From Vezdaea acicularis (Eukaryota), in assembly GCA_026025075.1 (NCBI GenBank), contig JAPEUI010000011.1, forward strand, positions 62,001-126,000: DNA of 64,000 nucleotides, given 5' to 3'. Every line of letters begins with the position of its first letter. The first letter of the stretch is position 1. The position numbers and the translations under genes are program-made. Positions 12,971 through 24,018 of the stretch are shown piece after piece. Below the pieces are notes generated by a model that had not been told where the DNA came from, did not search any database, and saw only the letters and a list, made by a program, of their open reading frames with translations.

Positions 12971-14127
12971 ATGTCCGCTGACCAGCTTCATATTCATCGG
13001 CCCATACCTCGTCGATCTTTCGAAATCACTCCCGCATCAACAGACTCTTCATCCCCCGCAACTCCTGCCATACCCTCTAATCCGGAATACCTCGAGCCTC
13101 GAAGCAGTATGGAAAATGCCTCGCCCAGTAGAACTCGCTCAATACTCAACCTAACATCCTCAACGCTCTTCGGCATATACTCCCCTGATACATATGAAGG
13201 ACGAGGAGAACCTGTTACACCTGGGCTGACCGGACTAGGAATAGACGGATCAAGCAGGTATACAAGCGGAGATGGCCACAGACCGTCAATGAGTTGGGAA
13301 CGCCCACGGACGCCCCGCTCACAACCCGGCAGCCACCAGACGCTTGGGTTTCGGAATTACATCATACCGCTAGTCAACAAAATCTGCTTACTCTTTGCCT
13401 TCGGCGTCGCCTACGGCATCATAATCACACACCTACACGATGACCAGAGGCTAGCTCCAGTACAAGTAGAAGGCATAAGTAGGAACGACTGGAGGTACTA
13501 TATCTTCTGGGGTATCGCGGGGGTAGGGCTAGGGAGTCTGCTCCCCTGGATCGACTTCCATTGGAACGAGAACCCAGACAGCGCGATTGAAAGCGATGAG
13601 CTGGACGAGAAGAGGCCACAGGTTGGCAGCGCTCTAGCCGCAGATTGGAATCCGGTCGTGCGGAGCGTCGGAGCCTTCGTAGGTATCGCGTTCGCCATAG
13701 TAAGCATTGCCATCCGCGTTTCTCTTCGTCTTACTGACCCTTGCTTCAGCGCCGCCTTCCATGGGCTTCCACCCTTCAAGTCTCCCTAACACTCGCACTC
13801 GTTAATCCGGTACTATGGTATCTCATCGATCGCTCCAAACCGGGCTTTCTCCTCTCAACCATAGTCGGGTTGACCGGTACCGCAATCCTGCTGCGCGTAA
13901 ACCCCGGCATGGTCCCGTCACCAGCAACCCACTCACCGAATGCAAGCGTGGAGAGCATCGCCTACAACAACTCATTCGACGGACTAGTAGGAGGTGGCTT
14001 GATCAGCGTGGATACCATTGGCGTAGGCACGTGGATCGCAAGCGTGCTCTTTTGCAGCTGCGTGTGCTTCGGGAATATTGGGAGGAAGCTCGCTTTACAG
14101 GGGCAAGGGCGGATGGGTGTCTCGTAG
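12971..14127 (+). CDS. INSIG-family ER membrane protein (Nsg1/Nsg2/Ins1-like)
   Basis: Ser/Pro-rich N-terminus (SRTRSILNLTSSTLFGIY), then transmembrane segments LFAFGVAYG, WGIAGVGLGSLLPW, WNPVVRSVGAFVGIAFAI|RRLPWASTLQ and WIASVLFCSCVCFGNIGRKL. Intron 13700-13749. Confidence 0.9.
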
Positions 14128-14320
14128 GATAAAAAAAGAGGAAGGAGATTCGGGAGATTCAAGTTGGTTATTTGCTTCATAAGCGCGTACTTTAAGCCAG
14201 TCATCATCTCGTCAGGATGGTCAAGCAATACTCAGCTCTCTTTATATACATCCCTTAGTGCGATCGTGATTGGTGGTTAAGAGTTGGAACGGGACGCTTT
14301 TGGGATATGGGGTTTGGCTT

Positions 14321-15916
14321 CTATGAGCCACCGTCACTCGACAAACTACTCTTGCTGCCAGACCCCACTTCGAACCCCTCAAAGACTTCCTCTTCCGGTT
14401 CCGCTCCCGCATCCGCTTCAACCGGAGCATTCATGACGAACGCCTTGAGGCATGTAATCCGGTTCCCAGATGGGAAACTCCCCAGAAGCCTCCCCACCTG
14501 CGTCGTTGTGCCTGTTCTCGCAATTTCCTCCTCCTTTGCTGCCCCATTCGGGATCTTTGCTTTCTTTGAAGAGTTTTTTGGGGTAGGTGCTTCCTCCTTG
14601 CGTAGCTCGGACGCGGCCAATGCCCACAGCCTGACCATCCCATCACTGCCGCCCGTCACGACTACCAGTTGTTCTGACTCGTGGGCATGGAGGATCTCAA
14701 AGTCCTTGATACGCCCTGTCATCTCCTCATCTGCTGTGAGGCCCCCAAGCTGTGCCACTGGCTCGCAATCTGGGATGTGGGCTTCGGCGCTGCCATCGAT
14801 CTCCACTACATTAGGAGTCCTTGTCGTATAGAATATAACCCTCCCATCCTCTGTCGAGACTGCTAGAAGTTCCTCCGCTTCCTCTTCTCCACGCCCCTTG
14901 GTAACTGGTAGCGCAACGTAATGCACCTGATGCAGCTTTGTCCGTGGCCATGGCGATATCCTCCCGCGCGGCTTTGAGTCAATCCCAAATACCACTGCTC
15001 CCTTGTCAAATACCACGGTAAACTCCTCTCCGCCCTTTCCCCACTCCACTCTCTGACCCTCCCCCTTTCCCCACCGCCCCTCACCCACGCCCGTCAGGGT
15101 ATCTCGGCCGAAGTTCAGCACCCCGGCCTTCTTACCTGTGACGAGGTTCCACAGCCGCATACACTTCTCGCCGCGCCCCACCGAGACCATGAGCTTCATG
15201 CTTGGGTGAACCGCGAAGTCATTGATGCCCGCCGGCGTAGCGCCCGCCACCGCCGTATCGCCGCTCGGACGGCCATGTGCTTTGGGGGTGGGGGCTTTGA
15301 TGGTGGAGAGGACGGTCCAATCGCGAGTGCGCGTGACGGCTATTGTATTATCCTCGGCTGCTGATATCAACTTGGATCTGGTCGGGAAGTAGAGCGCGCT
15401 GACGGATGAGCTGTGGTGCAACAGGCTGCCGAGGTCGCGGTTCTGTGGGTTTTCGACAACGGGTGATTTCGTGAGGGAAAGGGTTTTCGGAGCATTTGTA
15501 GGATCTGTTGGGGAGGGAGACAGAGAGAGCTGGTAGATGTTTATGCGTTCATCGGTGCCCCCAGAAGCAAGGTAGAGGGTTTCGTTTGTGGGAGAAGGGG
15601 GGGAAAGAGCGAGGGAGCGAATAGAGGAGGTGTGCGCGTTGAAGAGGAAGGTGTTGGAGAAATATACGGAGGGAGAATGGCCATCTTGGGTCGATTCGGG
15701 TTGCGGCTGAGGTGCTGAGGTCAAGGAGGGGATGTGTGCAGTGATCCCGTGCAATATTCGCTCATATGAGCCAGTGATGATTTGGATGGTGGTCGAGGAA
15801 TCCGTGGGGTTTGCTGTCGATAGAGCGGAAGCGGTCTCCTTAGCGTCTTTAGTATGCCCGTTAGTGCCATTGAAGCTCGTCTCCTGCCGATCATTCTCGC
15901 GTTTGCGTTTCCCCAT
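14321..15916 (-). CDS. MAK11: WD40 60S ribosome biogenesis protein (Mak11/PAK1IP1 family)
   Basis: Intronless ORF from ATG 15916 (MGKRKR). Motifs IQIITGSYERILHG, FLFNAHTSSIRSLA, LASGGTDERINIY and NDFAVHPSMKLMVSVG..MRLWNLVTGKKA. Confidence 0.9.
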   Translation of the reverse strand: MGKRKRENDRQETSFNGTNGHTKDAKETASALSTANPTDSSTTIQIITGSYERILHGITAHIPSLTSAPQPQPESTQDGHSPSVYFSNTFLFNAHTSSIRSLALSPPSPTNETLYLASGGTDERINIYQLSLSPSPTDPTNAPKTLSLTKSPVVENPQNRDLGSLLHHSSSVSALYFPTRSKLISAAEDNTIAVTRTRDWTVLSTIKAPTPKAHGRPSGDTAVAGATPAGINDFAVHPSMKLMVSVGRGEKCMRLWNLVTGKKAGVLNFGRDTLTGVGEGRWGKGEGQRVEWGKGGEEFTVVFDKGAVVFGIDSKPRGRISPWPRTKLHQVHYVALPVTKGRGEEEAEELLAVSTEDGRVIFYTTRTPNVVEIDGSAEAHIPDCEPVAQLGGLTADEEMTGRIKDFEILHAHESEQLVVVTGGSDGMVRLWALAASELRKEEAPTPKNSSKKAKIPNGAAKEEEIARTGTTTQVGRLLGSFPSGNRITCLKAFVMNAPVEADAGAEPEEEVFEGFEVGSGSKSSLSSDGGS

Positions 15917-16280
15917 GGTTCCTTCGTAGAGGCGTTTGTGAATTGTTGATTGCAATACGCATGGTTGGGCCTGGCGAGGCAAGCACTGATCAAAAAGTTT
16001 CGAAAGGCGTGAATTTCGATGCTGGTTAGCGTGGGTGCGGCCTGCTAAGCGAGCTACTCCCCCCCTTTCGGACCACTCGCGGCTGCCTGGCTTCGCAAGA
16101 AACACCCAGTGTCTTGACCTCACCTCGTCGAAGCAGCGCGTACGTGGAGTTGATACGCAACCACAGCGACACGAAATTTGCTGTTGGTCCCATTTTACGA
16201 TCCATTTTACCTCACGAACTCCATCGCCCTCTTTTTCGGCTCGAATAACGAATGTTGTTCGGTCGGGCTATCACGACTCT

Positions 16281-19200
16281 ATGACGGTCGCTCGGGACCG
16301 ACTCTTACGCTCAAAGAATGAGGAGATCGCGTAAGTATTTTCTCTAAATTCCACCATCTCGCGATAGAGAAAAATCGAGCGAAAAATTTGAGTCGCTAAT
16401 CATGGTTATCATACGATTGGTGTGGGTGTAGAACGATCCTCACATCTCGAAAGCGCAAGCTACGTGAACTTTACGCGGTCGCACAGTATGCCGAGCCCAT
16501 ACCGTTACAGCCAGGCTTCGACGACAACACCCCCTACGACAACGGGGAAGTGAGATTCCTTGAGCTCAACGACATTACCAAGTACGTCGCCCCGCGTATA
16601 TTTCTAATCGTAAATACCTTCTGCGACGTTCTCTGTGTGCTTGGTCAGGACGTAGTTGACGTTAGAATTTGTTTAGAGGTCGACCATTTGACGAGAACAC
16701 CATACCTGTACGACGAGACCATCCGCTGAACATCGATGGAAAAGAAAGAAGGCCTTCAACCTTATACTGGAAGCCGGATACCGGGGTCGCAAGTCTAGTG
16801 GCAGAAGAGAACAGCGCGGGAAGCTTTGGACCAGACTCCACTTCGCTAGGCGTGGGGCCGTCTGAACCATCGAACGACGATGCGGACTTACCATTAAAGG
16901 CACGCAAGAATCCCATTGGTATCACACGCCCGCCCAGGCCGACACGGTCGTCACCGACGAAGCTGAAGCATGCAGTGACGCGAGCGCCAAATGGTGTTGT
17001 TGATGAGGTGGTGGAGGATGCAAAAGGGTTCTCCAGGGAGGATATGCCTGGTGATGGGTATAGACAACTGCCACTTAGTGACTTAGAGCAGAATAGGATA
17101 AGGTCTACGGTCGAAAGTAGAGAGGGCAGCCCAGGCATTGACCCTCAGAAGACGGTTGAGTGGCTGGAGAACGACGAACCCTGTGTAGCCACTACACTAG
17201 ACGAGAAGGTGGGAAAAGCGTTAAGATCCGAAGGTTCGGGAGATGCACGACCTTTAATCTCAGACTCTTCTGTCAAAAGCATACACAGGTCAGATCGCGT
17301 CGCTGAGGGGAGGACAGATCGAAGACCCGACGGTCGTCCGCCAGATACGCCGAAGCACAATGCTCTTGCGCAGCGCGATACCGGAATTCCGTCTATCTCC
17401 ACACTAGCTCCGACTCAGTATCTGCAGTACAGCGGCTCAGCCCCTCTATTGACTACTGGCCTCAAACCCGCCGAAGTAATTTCACCGTCTTCCTCAGTGG
17501 GTCAGTACTCTACCAATACCCCAGGCCCAGACCATGCATCTACAGATACAAGCCCTGACAACGATGTATCCCTTGAGGGTGCCGAGAGCTTCCTGACAAA
17601 CGGAACTCTAGAGCGGCATTTCACCCCTCAGAAAGAAACCCAGTCTACCCAGAAGCAGAGACAGCAAGCTCCTGCAGATATCACCATTCTCAATTCTGGA
17701 AATAATACTCGCTTAACTCCTGACGCTCAACTACAGTCCGAGAAGAGGCAGGCTGCTTCTTTACTTCACAAGGAACCTTATTCGGCAGGCCATACACTCA
17801 GTTCAGCAGTGACGAACTCCCTGACAAGCGTTCCATCTAAGAATACCCAAGACGTGGCTGACGATGAAGAGGATGAAGTAGTTGGGGTTCCGACCCCAGA
17901 AGATGAAGCAGCTCCCAACAGGTCTGAAAACAGTGCCGTCCAGACTACCTTGAGCTCCAAGCAGAGTCAGACCAACGGAAGCATACTCCCGCCGCCTACA
18001 CCTACATTCGGCTCGAATTTCGCGAGAGGTACCGACTCGACGCAAGAAGTTGCTGCCATTACGAGTGGGAAAAAGGAGGAGAGTGCTCCAGCTGAAGCGA
18101 GAATAAGTTTGGACCGGGACCTTTCGTCCCTTGGACAATCCAGCAACAACGCCCTTCAATTGAACAAAATAGAAAACAGCAACACTGATATTCCTCTTTC
18201 AGATGGGACGTTAACTCCGAAAAAGCCTGGGAAAATTTTTACAAGCGAGGGAGCAACAATAGACAATTCAGGGGTACTATTTACTCCAGCAAGGCCTGCT
18301 ACGTTTTCGTCTGTTCAATCTCCCCCCGAGAGAATGACAACCCGCGTATCTTCTGGAGCTATCAGGCACAAGTCTGTTTCTGAAATACTCGGAGAAATAC
18401 CCAAGGTAACTTCATCTTCTCTGGCTCCCACGAGTGAAGACTCTGGCACCGGACAAATAGTAGAGTCAACTATCACCGTGGACAATCGTTCAAGCCCTTC
18501 CTCCCCCCCTTTCATGTTGAGCAGGCCAAGCGAGCGCAGAAATCGTGACCGCGACCGCGACCGCAACATAAAGCTTTCTCAAGTCATATTCCCGAAACAG
18601 AACCCCATTATTAAAGATCTACCGTCAAGCGACCTGACTATGTCCAAGGGGTCCTCCGAGCACGATGATTATCTTTTGACTCTGTTTGCAGCCCAAGCAT
18701 CTCAAAAGCCGAGGTCACAACCGCTCAGCTCTTTGCTCGCTGGTGCCCCCAAAGCCCTTACAACGGCTGAACATTATGTGGATTTTCATGAACAGCAAGA
18801 CTGCCGAGTACTTAAAAAGATCTACCAGATGCAATACCACCAGCGCTGGTCTCTCCGTCAAATGGAACGGTCGACCGAGCCACCGCGACCTGCGGCACAC
18901 TGGGACATCCTCCTTGACCAGATGAAATGGATGCGTACAGATTTCCGAGAAGAGCGGAAATGGAAGATCATTATCGCTAAAGGCTTAGCAGATGCCTGCG
19001 CAATCTGGAAGGCTGCCGAACTGGAAGATCGGCTGGCAATGCAGGTCCGTACCAGGCCTGTCCAACATGATGGAACAGCGGGCCAAGTGGGGGATCGCGA
19101 TATTGAAATGACGGATGAGCATCAGCTAACGCCCGACCTCGTACCTTCCGGCGCAGACGGATCTGTCAGCGATATCCCCGACGACGAAGACCCGCACGTT

Positions 19201-21530
19201 AATCTGAACAGTACTGTTGCTCCAATGGCGATATTCTCTCTTGGCCCTCAAGACGTAGTCTTTAAGATACACGAAAGCCCATCAAGCACAAAAATGTTAC
19301 AGGATCTTCCATCTTATGGGCCTCCTGCGGATGTACCAGACCACGATTCTTCGATATCATCTTCCACACCAGACCGAAGCTGGAAGCTTCCTATGGCAAA
19401 TGTTAGCAAGTTTGTGACAGGGAAATTGGTCGTGAACGAAGTGAAACTTCCGAGGAAGAGAAGTCGTTATGAGTACGAGTCTGATGATAATGAGCCTATG
19501 GATACACCACGAATAGGCGTACCGCCAGAGCAGCGCGATATCGCTCTCTTCAACCCTGAGCACAAACATATCCTCGATCGTATACATGCAGGGCACGCCT
19601 TCAAGCCTCCGATTGATCATCCAATGCCTTCACAAAGCTTCTTTGAATCTCGAACTCCTTCACAATGGACTTATAGTGAAGACGATGAGCTTAAAAAACT
19701 CGTTAAAGAACATTCTTATCACTGGCCTCTGATATCGGATATGTTGACCTCACGATCGATATATTCGTCGGGATATGAGCGTAGAACTCCTTGGGAGTGC
19801 TTCGAGAGATGGATACAACTCGAAGGTCTCCCTGCCGACATGCAAAAGACAGCATATTTCCGTGCATACTCGTCTAGGATGGAAGCTGCTCAACGGAACA
19901 TTACTTTACAAGCTCAACAAGTACAAGCAGCCCAGGCTGCAAGTGGCGGACCTATTACTCGAAGACGTACATCCTCGTCGCCAACCAAAGTAGACCGCCG
20001 CAGAAGTACAAAATATTTGGCACTTGTCGATGGAATGAGGAAGCTAGCCAAGAAGCGAGAGTCAACGAATCAAAAGCATCTACAAGGTATGAATGATGTC
20101 TCTTCCTCCATGGCATGAACACGCTCTATTAAGAACCTACTTGTTTCACATCGGCTGACAATCTCCTTTTTAGCTGCAGGGAATCAAGCGGCTAGGAAAG
20201 CTAGTGAGATTCCAACAAGTCGTGGTCCTGCCCATACTCCACAAGACTTTAGTCGGATGAAGCATGAACGTGAGCTGAAGCTTCAGGAGAGACACGAGTT
20301 GTACCGACAGCAAGTCATGGCTCAGCAGAAGGTTTGTTAGTCTTGAACGATTGTTTATAATTTGGCTGATTACATTTTAAGGCGGCCGCTATGCAACAAC
20401 GGTCTGCTCAGCAAGGCAGTAGCCAGCAGAATGCCTCGTCCAATGCGACAGGTCAGCCTGTTCGAAACGGCTCATCTAATCCTGTGAACGGCGGAAGCCC
20501 GGTCGCTGGATCAGCAAATCCTGTAGGCCAATACCCCGGTGTTTACGCGGGGCAACAATTACCTCAGCCGTCAGCCGGGGCTCCACCAAATGGCGGTATA
20601 GCTCAACCACCGTCCTCTTTACCATCGAACGTGAATATGCAGCTACATATGATGAACCAGGGTTATCAAAAACAACCGCAAGTGACAGCGAACAGGATGG
20701 CACAACAGCGGCTTCAGAAACCTATGGCCATGACCTCAATGACTCCTGACGTGCGGACCGCGATGACCTCAATGACTCCTGACATGCGGATCGCGAGGGA
20801 GAACACTCGCATCTCGAATGAACAACGAATGCTCCAACAAGCAAGACAACAAGCTCAGAATCAGGGCCTACACATGCAGGGCCAGCCAGGCCAGCGCAAT
20901 CACTTAGTCCAGTCCTCATCGCCAAATCTGGGGCATGTGAATGGTATAAGCAGCACCGCTTCTTTACAAAACAATGCTGCTGCTCTGGCTGCCCTGCAAG
21001 CAGCCTCAGCATCGAACGGAATACAATCCTCCGCTTTCGGTAACATGCCAGTTGCTTCATCCGCTTCCCCAAGGCCGACGTCGGCCCACCTATCACAGCC
21101 AAATCAACCACAAGCGCTATCCAATGGAATGGTCCCTGCCATCAATGCTATCTCCCATCAAATCAAGGCTCGAAATCCTCAAATAAGCCCAGAAAACTTA
21201 AAACGATTAGTAGACGAGCAGTTCCGGCAGTCATACATACCCCGAAACACGATGGCTGCTGCTACCGGAGGGAGCCCTCACCATCCTCAAATGAATATCA
21301 TGCAAGCCTCTCAAGCATCTGGAGGTCAAACTGGAAATGAGCATCAGTATGCTCAACTGCTCGCTCTGCAGCAACAAGAGCAGTTCATGCGAAACCGGAC
21401 GATCTCAGTTACGGGAAGGCCGGCTTCTCGAAGCGCAACACCTCAGACTCAGAGGAGTAGTAGCGTGCAGACTGGTCAGGGTGTGGATCAAAGTCCACGG
21501 CCTAATCAAGCCCAGCTCGCTGGTGGGTAG
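16281..21530 (+). CDS. EAF1: NuA4 scaffold subunit Eaf1/Vid21 (HSA and SANT/Myb domains, Gln-rich tail)
   Basis: Exons MTVARDRLLRSKNEEIA|TILTSRKRKLRELY. HSA domain WSLRQ..HWDILLDQMKWMRTDFREERKWK; SANT domain WTYSEDDELKKLV..W..ISD..RTPWECFERW; Gln-rich C-terminus. Four introns. Confidence 0.93.
20730..20795 (+). repeat. In-frame 33-bp tandem duplication in EAF1
   Basis: ATGACCTCAATGACTCCTGACGTGCGGACCGCG / ATGACCTCAATGACTCCTGACATGCGGATCGCG, 31/33 identical; encodes MTSMTPDVRTA-MTSMTPDMRIA. Confidence 0.95.
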
Positions 21531-22423
21531 TGGGTGGCACTTGGAGGGAATAGTGCACCCTGTTCGATGCTCAGTCGGTATCGGATTGTACATAGAGAGC
21601 GAGGCAGGCGTATTCACTTCTTGGCGATGCGCTGTCTTAACGACGACTCATCACCTGTGACATGTTTGGAGGCGCCTGAAGGGGATAGAGCCCCTAGAGA
21701 CGGCGCTTTCCTGACCTCTGTGTATATAGTCATGTTTTTGAGTTCGTTCGGATTGCGCTACATGCGCATCATCGACCAATAGGAAATTTAACCCACCCAG
21801 ATCCAGTCACTATAGTATCTGCATTCATGTTGGGTGTGAGAGAGTGTTAGTGCTGTCAAGCTTGTCTTGACACATGAATGAAATGAAAAAGTACCTGGGC
21901 TATGGATCGGCAACAGATCAGAGGTATTGACGCTCTTAGATCCTAGTCCAATCAGTGTATTGGACTCAATCATGAGCTGCACTGTAGGTACACGCAACAA
22001 CTTGAATATCAAATGAAAACGTAATCAGGTGAACATGGATCTAGTCATCAGTGTAGATAGAAAACTGTCCTTTTGCGATGCCATTGGTCGAGACGTTATA
22101 AATACTCGCCTAGCACGAAACCTCAAAAAATTCACAAGTCATGTGACTGAGGCGCATAAAGATTGCCTAATTGAGGGATGAACATTGCCCTGGAGTTTTG
22201 ACATAACGCTGGCGTATGCCAACAGACTTCATACCCTTCTCAAACTGCTGAGATTCCGCTAATGATTGCGCCCTACGTCGAACGCAGGAATTAACACCTA
22301 TGCGGCTATGCCTGGCTCTTCGGCGACTGGATCTAATATCTTCAACTTCAGTATTTTCTACATTAGCAACTGACACTGAGGACATTCTTTCTCTACTGTG
22401 AGAACAAGAAGGAGCAAGGCAAT

Positions 22424-23818
22424 ATGCCCCTTCCCAACCAGCCCTCAGTCTCGAAGCCCTTCTCGATATCCCTAGGCTCGAAAGCCCCACCTAAATCCTC
22501 ACCTTTATCGCGCAAGCCTCTCCTCCCACCCAAAGCCTCTACGCAGAAAAGACCCCACTCTTCACTCGGCGACGATGATTCCGACGCGGAAGACACTCCC
22601 CCAAAAGCCGAGATCGTCCTTGGCTTCGACCACGCTGTTGGCGGCGCTATCACGTCATCCACAAGTAAGACTGGGAAAGGTCCGCTCGTGATACCAGGGC
22701 AGAAGAATAAGGATTGGAGGCAGGAAAGCCGCAAACGGAGAGGGGGCAAAGCCTTACCACATGAAGCTAATGCAGCGCAAGCAGAAGCTGTCTCGAAGGA
22801 GGCAGACATTGTGAATGGCGGGCCCCAAGTATATGGGCTCACCTTTGTGAAGGCGACGACCACGGAAGACGATGTGCCAATGGCCGACTCTGCCGCCTCA
22901 GAAGCCCAAGAACCTGTCAAATCCAAGACGGACGACGAGCTGGCTCTCGAGGCGCTTATGGATGGGACAACGGGCAGATCGAATCTCATAATCACGTCCG
23001 GCGAGCAAGATAAGGGTAAAAATGGCGGTGATGGAAGAGCAGGCTATGGCATCAACGAAGACGAAGCTTTCCGCGCCGATGTCGAAGCGCGGCCGGACTC
23101 CGCAACACTAGACCAATATGCTGCAGTGCCAGTCGAAGAGTTCGGTATGGCGCTCCTCCGCGGTATGGGCTGGAAAGAAGGAGAGGTCGTTGGCAAGCGA
23201 AAAGGCCAAATCAGTAAAGCGCGAGTCGTAGAGAGACGTCCGGCACTATTAGGGATCGGTGCTAAAGAGATGCCCGAGCTTAATGGGAAGGAGGTCGGGG
23301 TGAAGAAGGGAATCAGGAAGACGAAGGAGGTGTATAATCCAGTGTTATTAAGAAACAGCAAGACGGGGGAGTTGGTCACAGAGGAGGAGTTGAGGGAAAG
23401 GAAGGAAAGGAGGAGAGAGGGGGACTCACCGAAGGAAGCGGAGAGGGATCGATATAGAGATAGGGATCGGGACGGTAATCGGGAAATTGAAAGTGGGAAG
23501 TCAAAGAATTCGAGTCGGGATAGCCGTAGAGACGACAACGGAGCACGGTCTCGAGGATCTGATAGGGATGGTCGGAGGAGTGACCGTAGAGATCGGAATC
23601 GGGACAGAGATCGCGATCGCGATTTGAGAGGAGATTGGCGAAAGGAAACGGAAAGAAATAACCACAAACAGAATGGATGGCGGGATGGGGAGGAGAGTCG
23701 GAGCAGCAACAGAGAAAGAGACAGGGCGCGAGACAGCAGAGATAGCAGAGACAGCAGAGAAACCGCCGACCGGAATGGAAGGAGGGACGATAGGCGGCAT
23801 ATACCCATCAGACGCTAG
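22424..23818 (+). CDS. SPP2: G-patch pre-mRNA splicing factor Spp2 (Prp2 cofactor)
   Basis: Spp2-type G-patch YAAVPVEEFGMALLRGMGW..RRPALLGIGAK; motif YNPV..N.KTGE; Arg/Asp-rich low-complexity tail. Intronless. Confidence 0.85.
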   Translation: MPLPNQPSVSKPFSISLGSKAPPKSSPLSRKPLLPPKASTQKRPHSSLGDDDSDAEDTPPKAEIVLGFDHAVGGAITSSTSKTGKGPLVIPGQKNKDWRQESRKRRGGKALPHEANAAQAEAVSKEADIVNGGPQVYGLTFVKATTTEDDVPMADSAASEAQEPVKSKTDDELALEALMDGTTGRSNLIITSGEQDKGKNGGDGRAGYGINEDEAFRADVEARPDSATLDQYAAVPVEEFGMALLRGMGWKEGEVVGKRKGQISKARVVERRPALLGIGAKEMPELNGKEVGVKKGIRKTKEVYNPVLLRNSKTGELVTEEELRERKERRREGDSPKEAERDRYRDRDRDGNREIESGKSKNSSRDSRRDDNGARSRGSDRDGRRSDRRDRNRDRDRDRDLRGDWRKETERNNHKQNGWRDGEESRSSNRERDRARDSRDSRDSRETADRNGRRDDRRHIPIRR

Positions 23819-24018
23819 ACTATTGGAGGATCGCTTCAATAGAACGATTTTGATGATGTGGACAGTCCATTGAAGTCTCACTTGTCGAGGATGAGGCACA
23901 GGCTTTTATGAAATGCGTTAAATGCCCCTATATTCATCCCAACCTAAGAAAGAACCGAAAGAAGGAACAGACCAGGAATAATGAATTGTAAAGGAGCCTA
24001 GGACATGCCCTACATGCT

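Noticed and set aside
15917..16123. 69-codon GTG-initiated in-frame extension of MAK11
   Set aside because: It covers the short bidirectional promoter, and the MGKRKR ATG fits the family's N-terminus.
23044..23808. 254-aa antisense ORF over SPP2
   Set aside because: The purine-rich RD/RE repeat simply lacks stops on the opposite strand; the product is low-complexity Ser/Leu.
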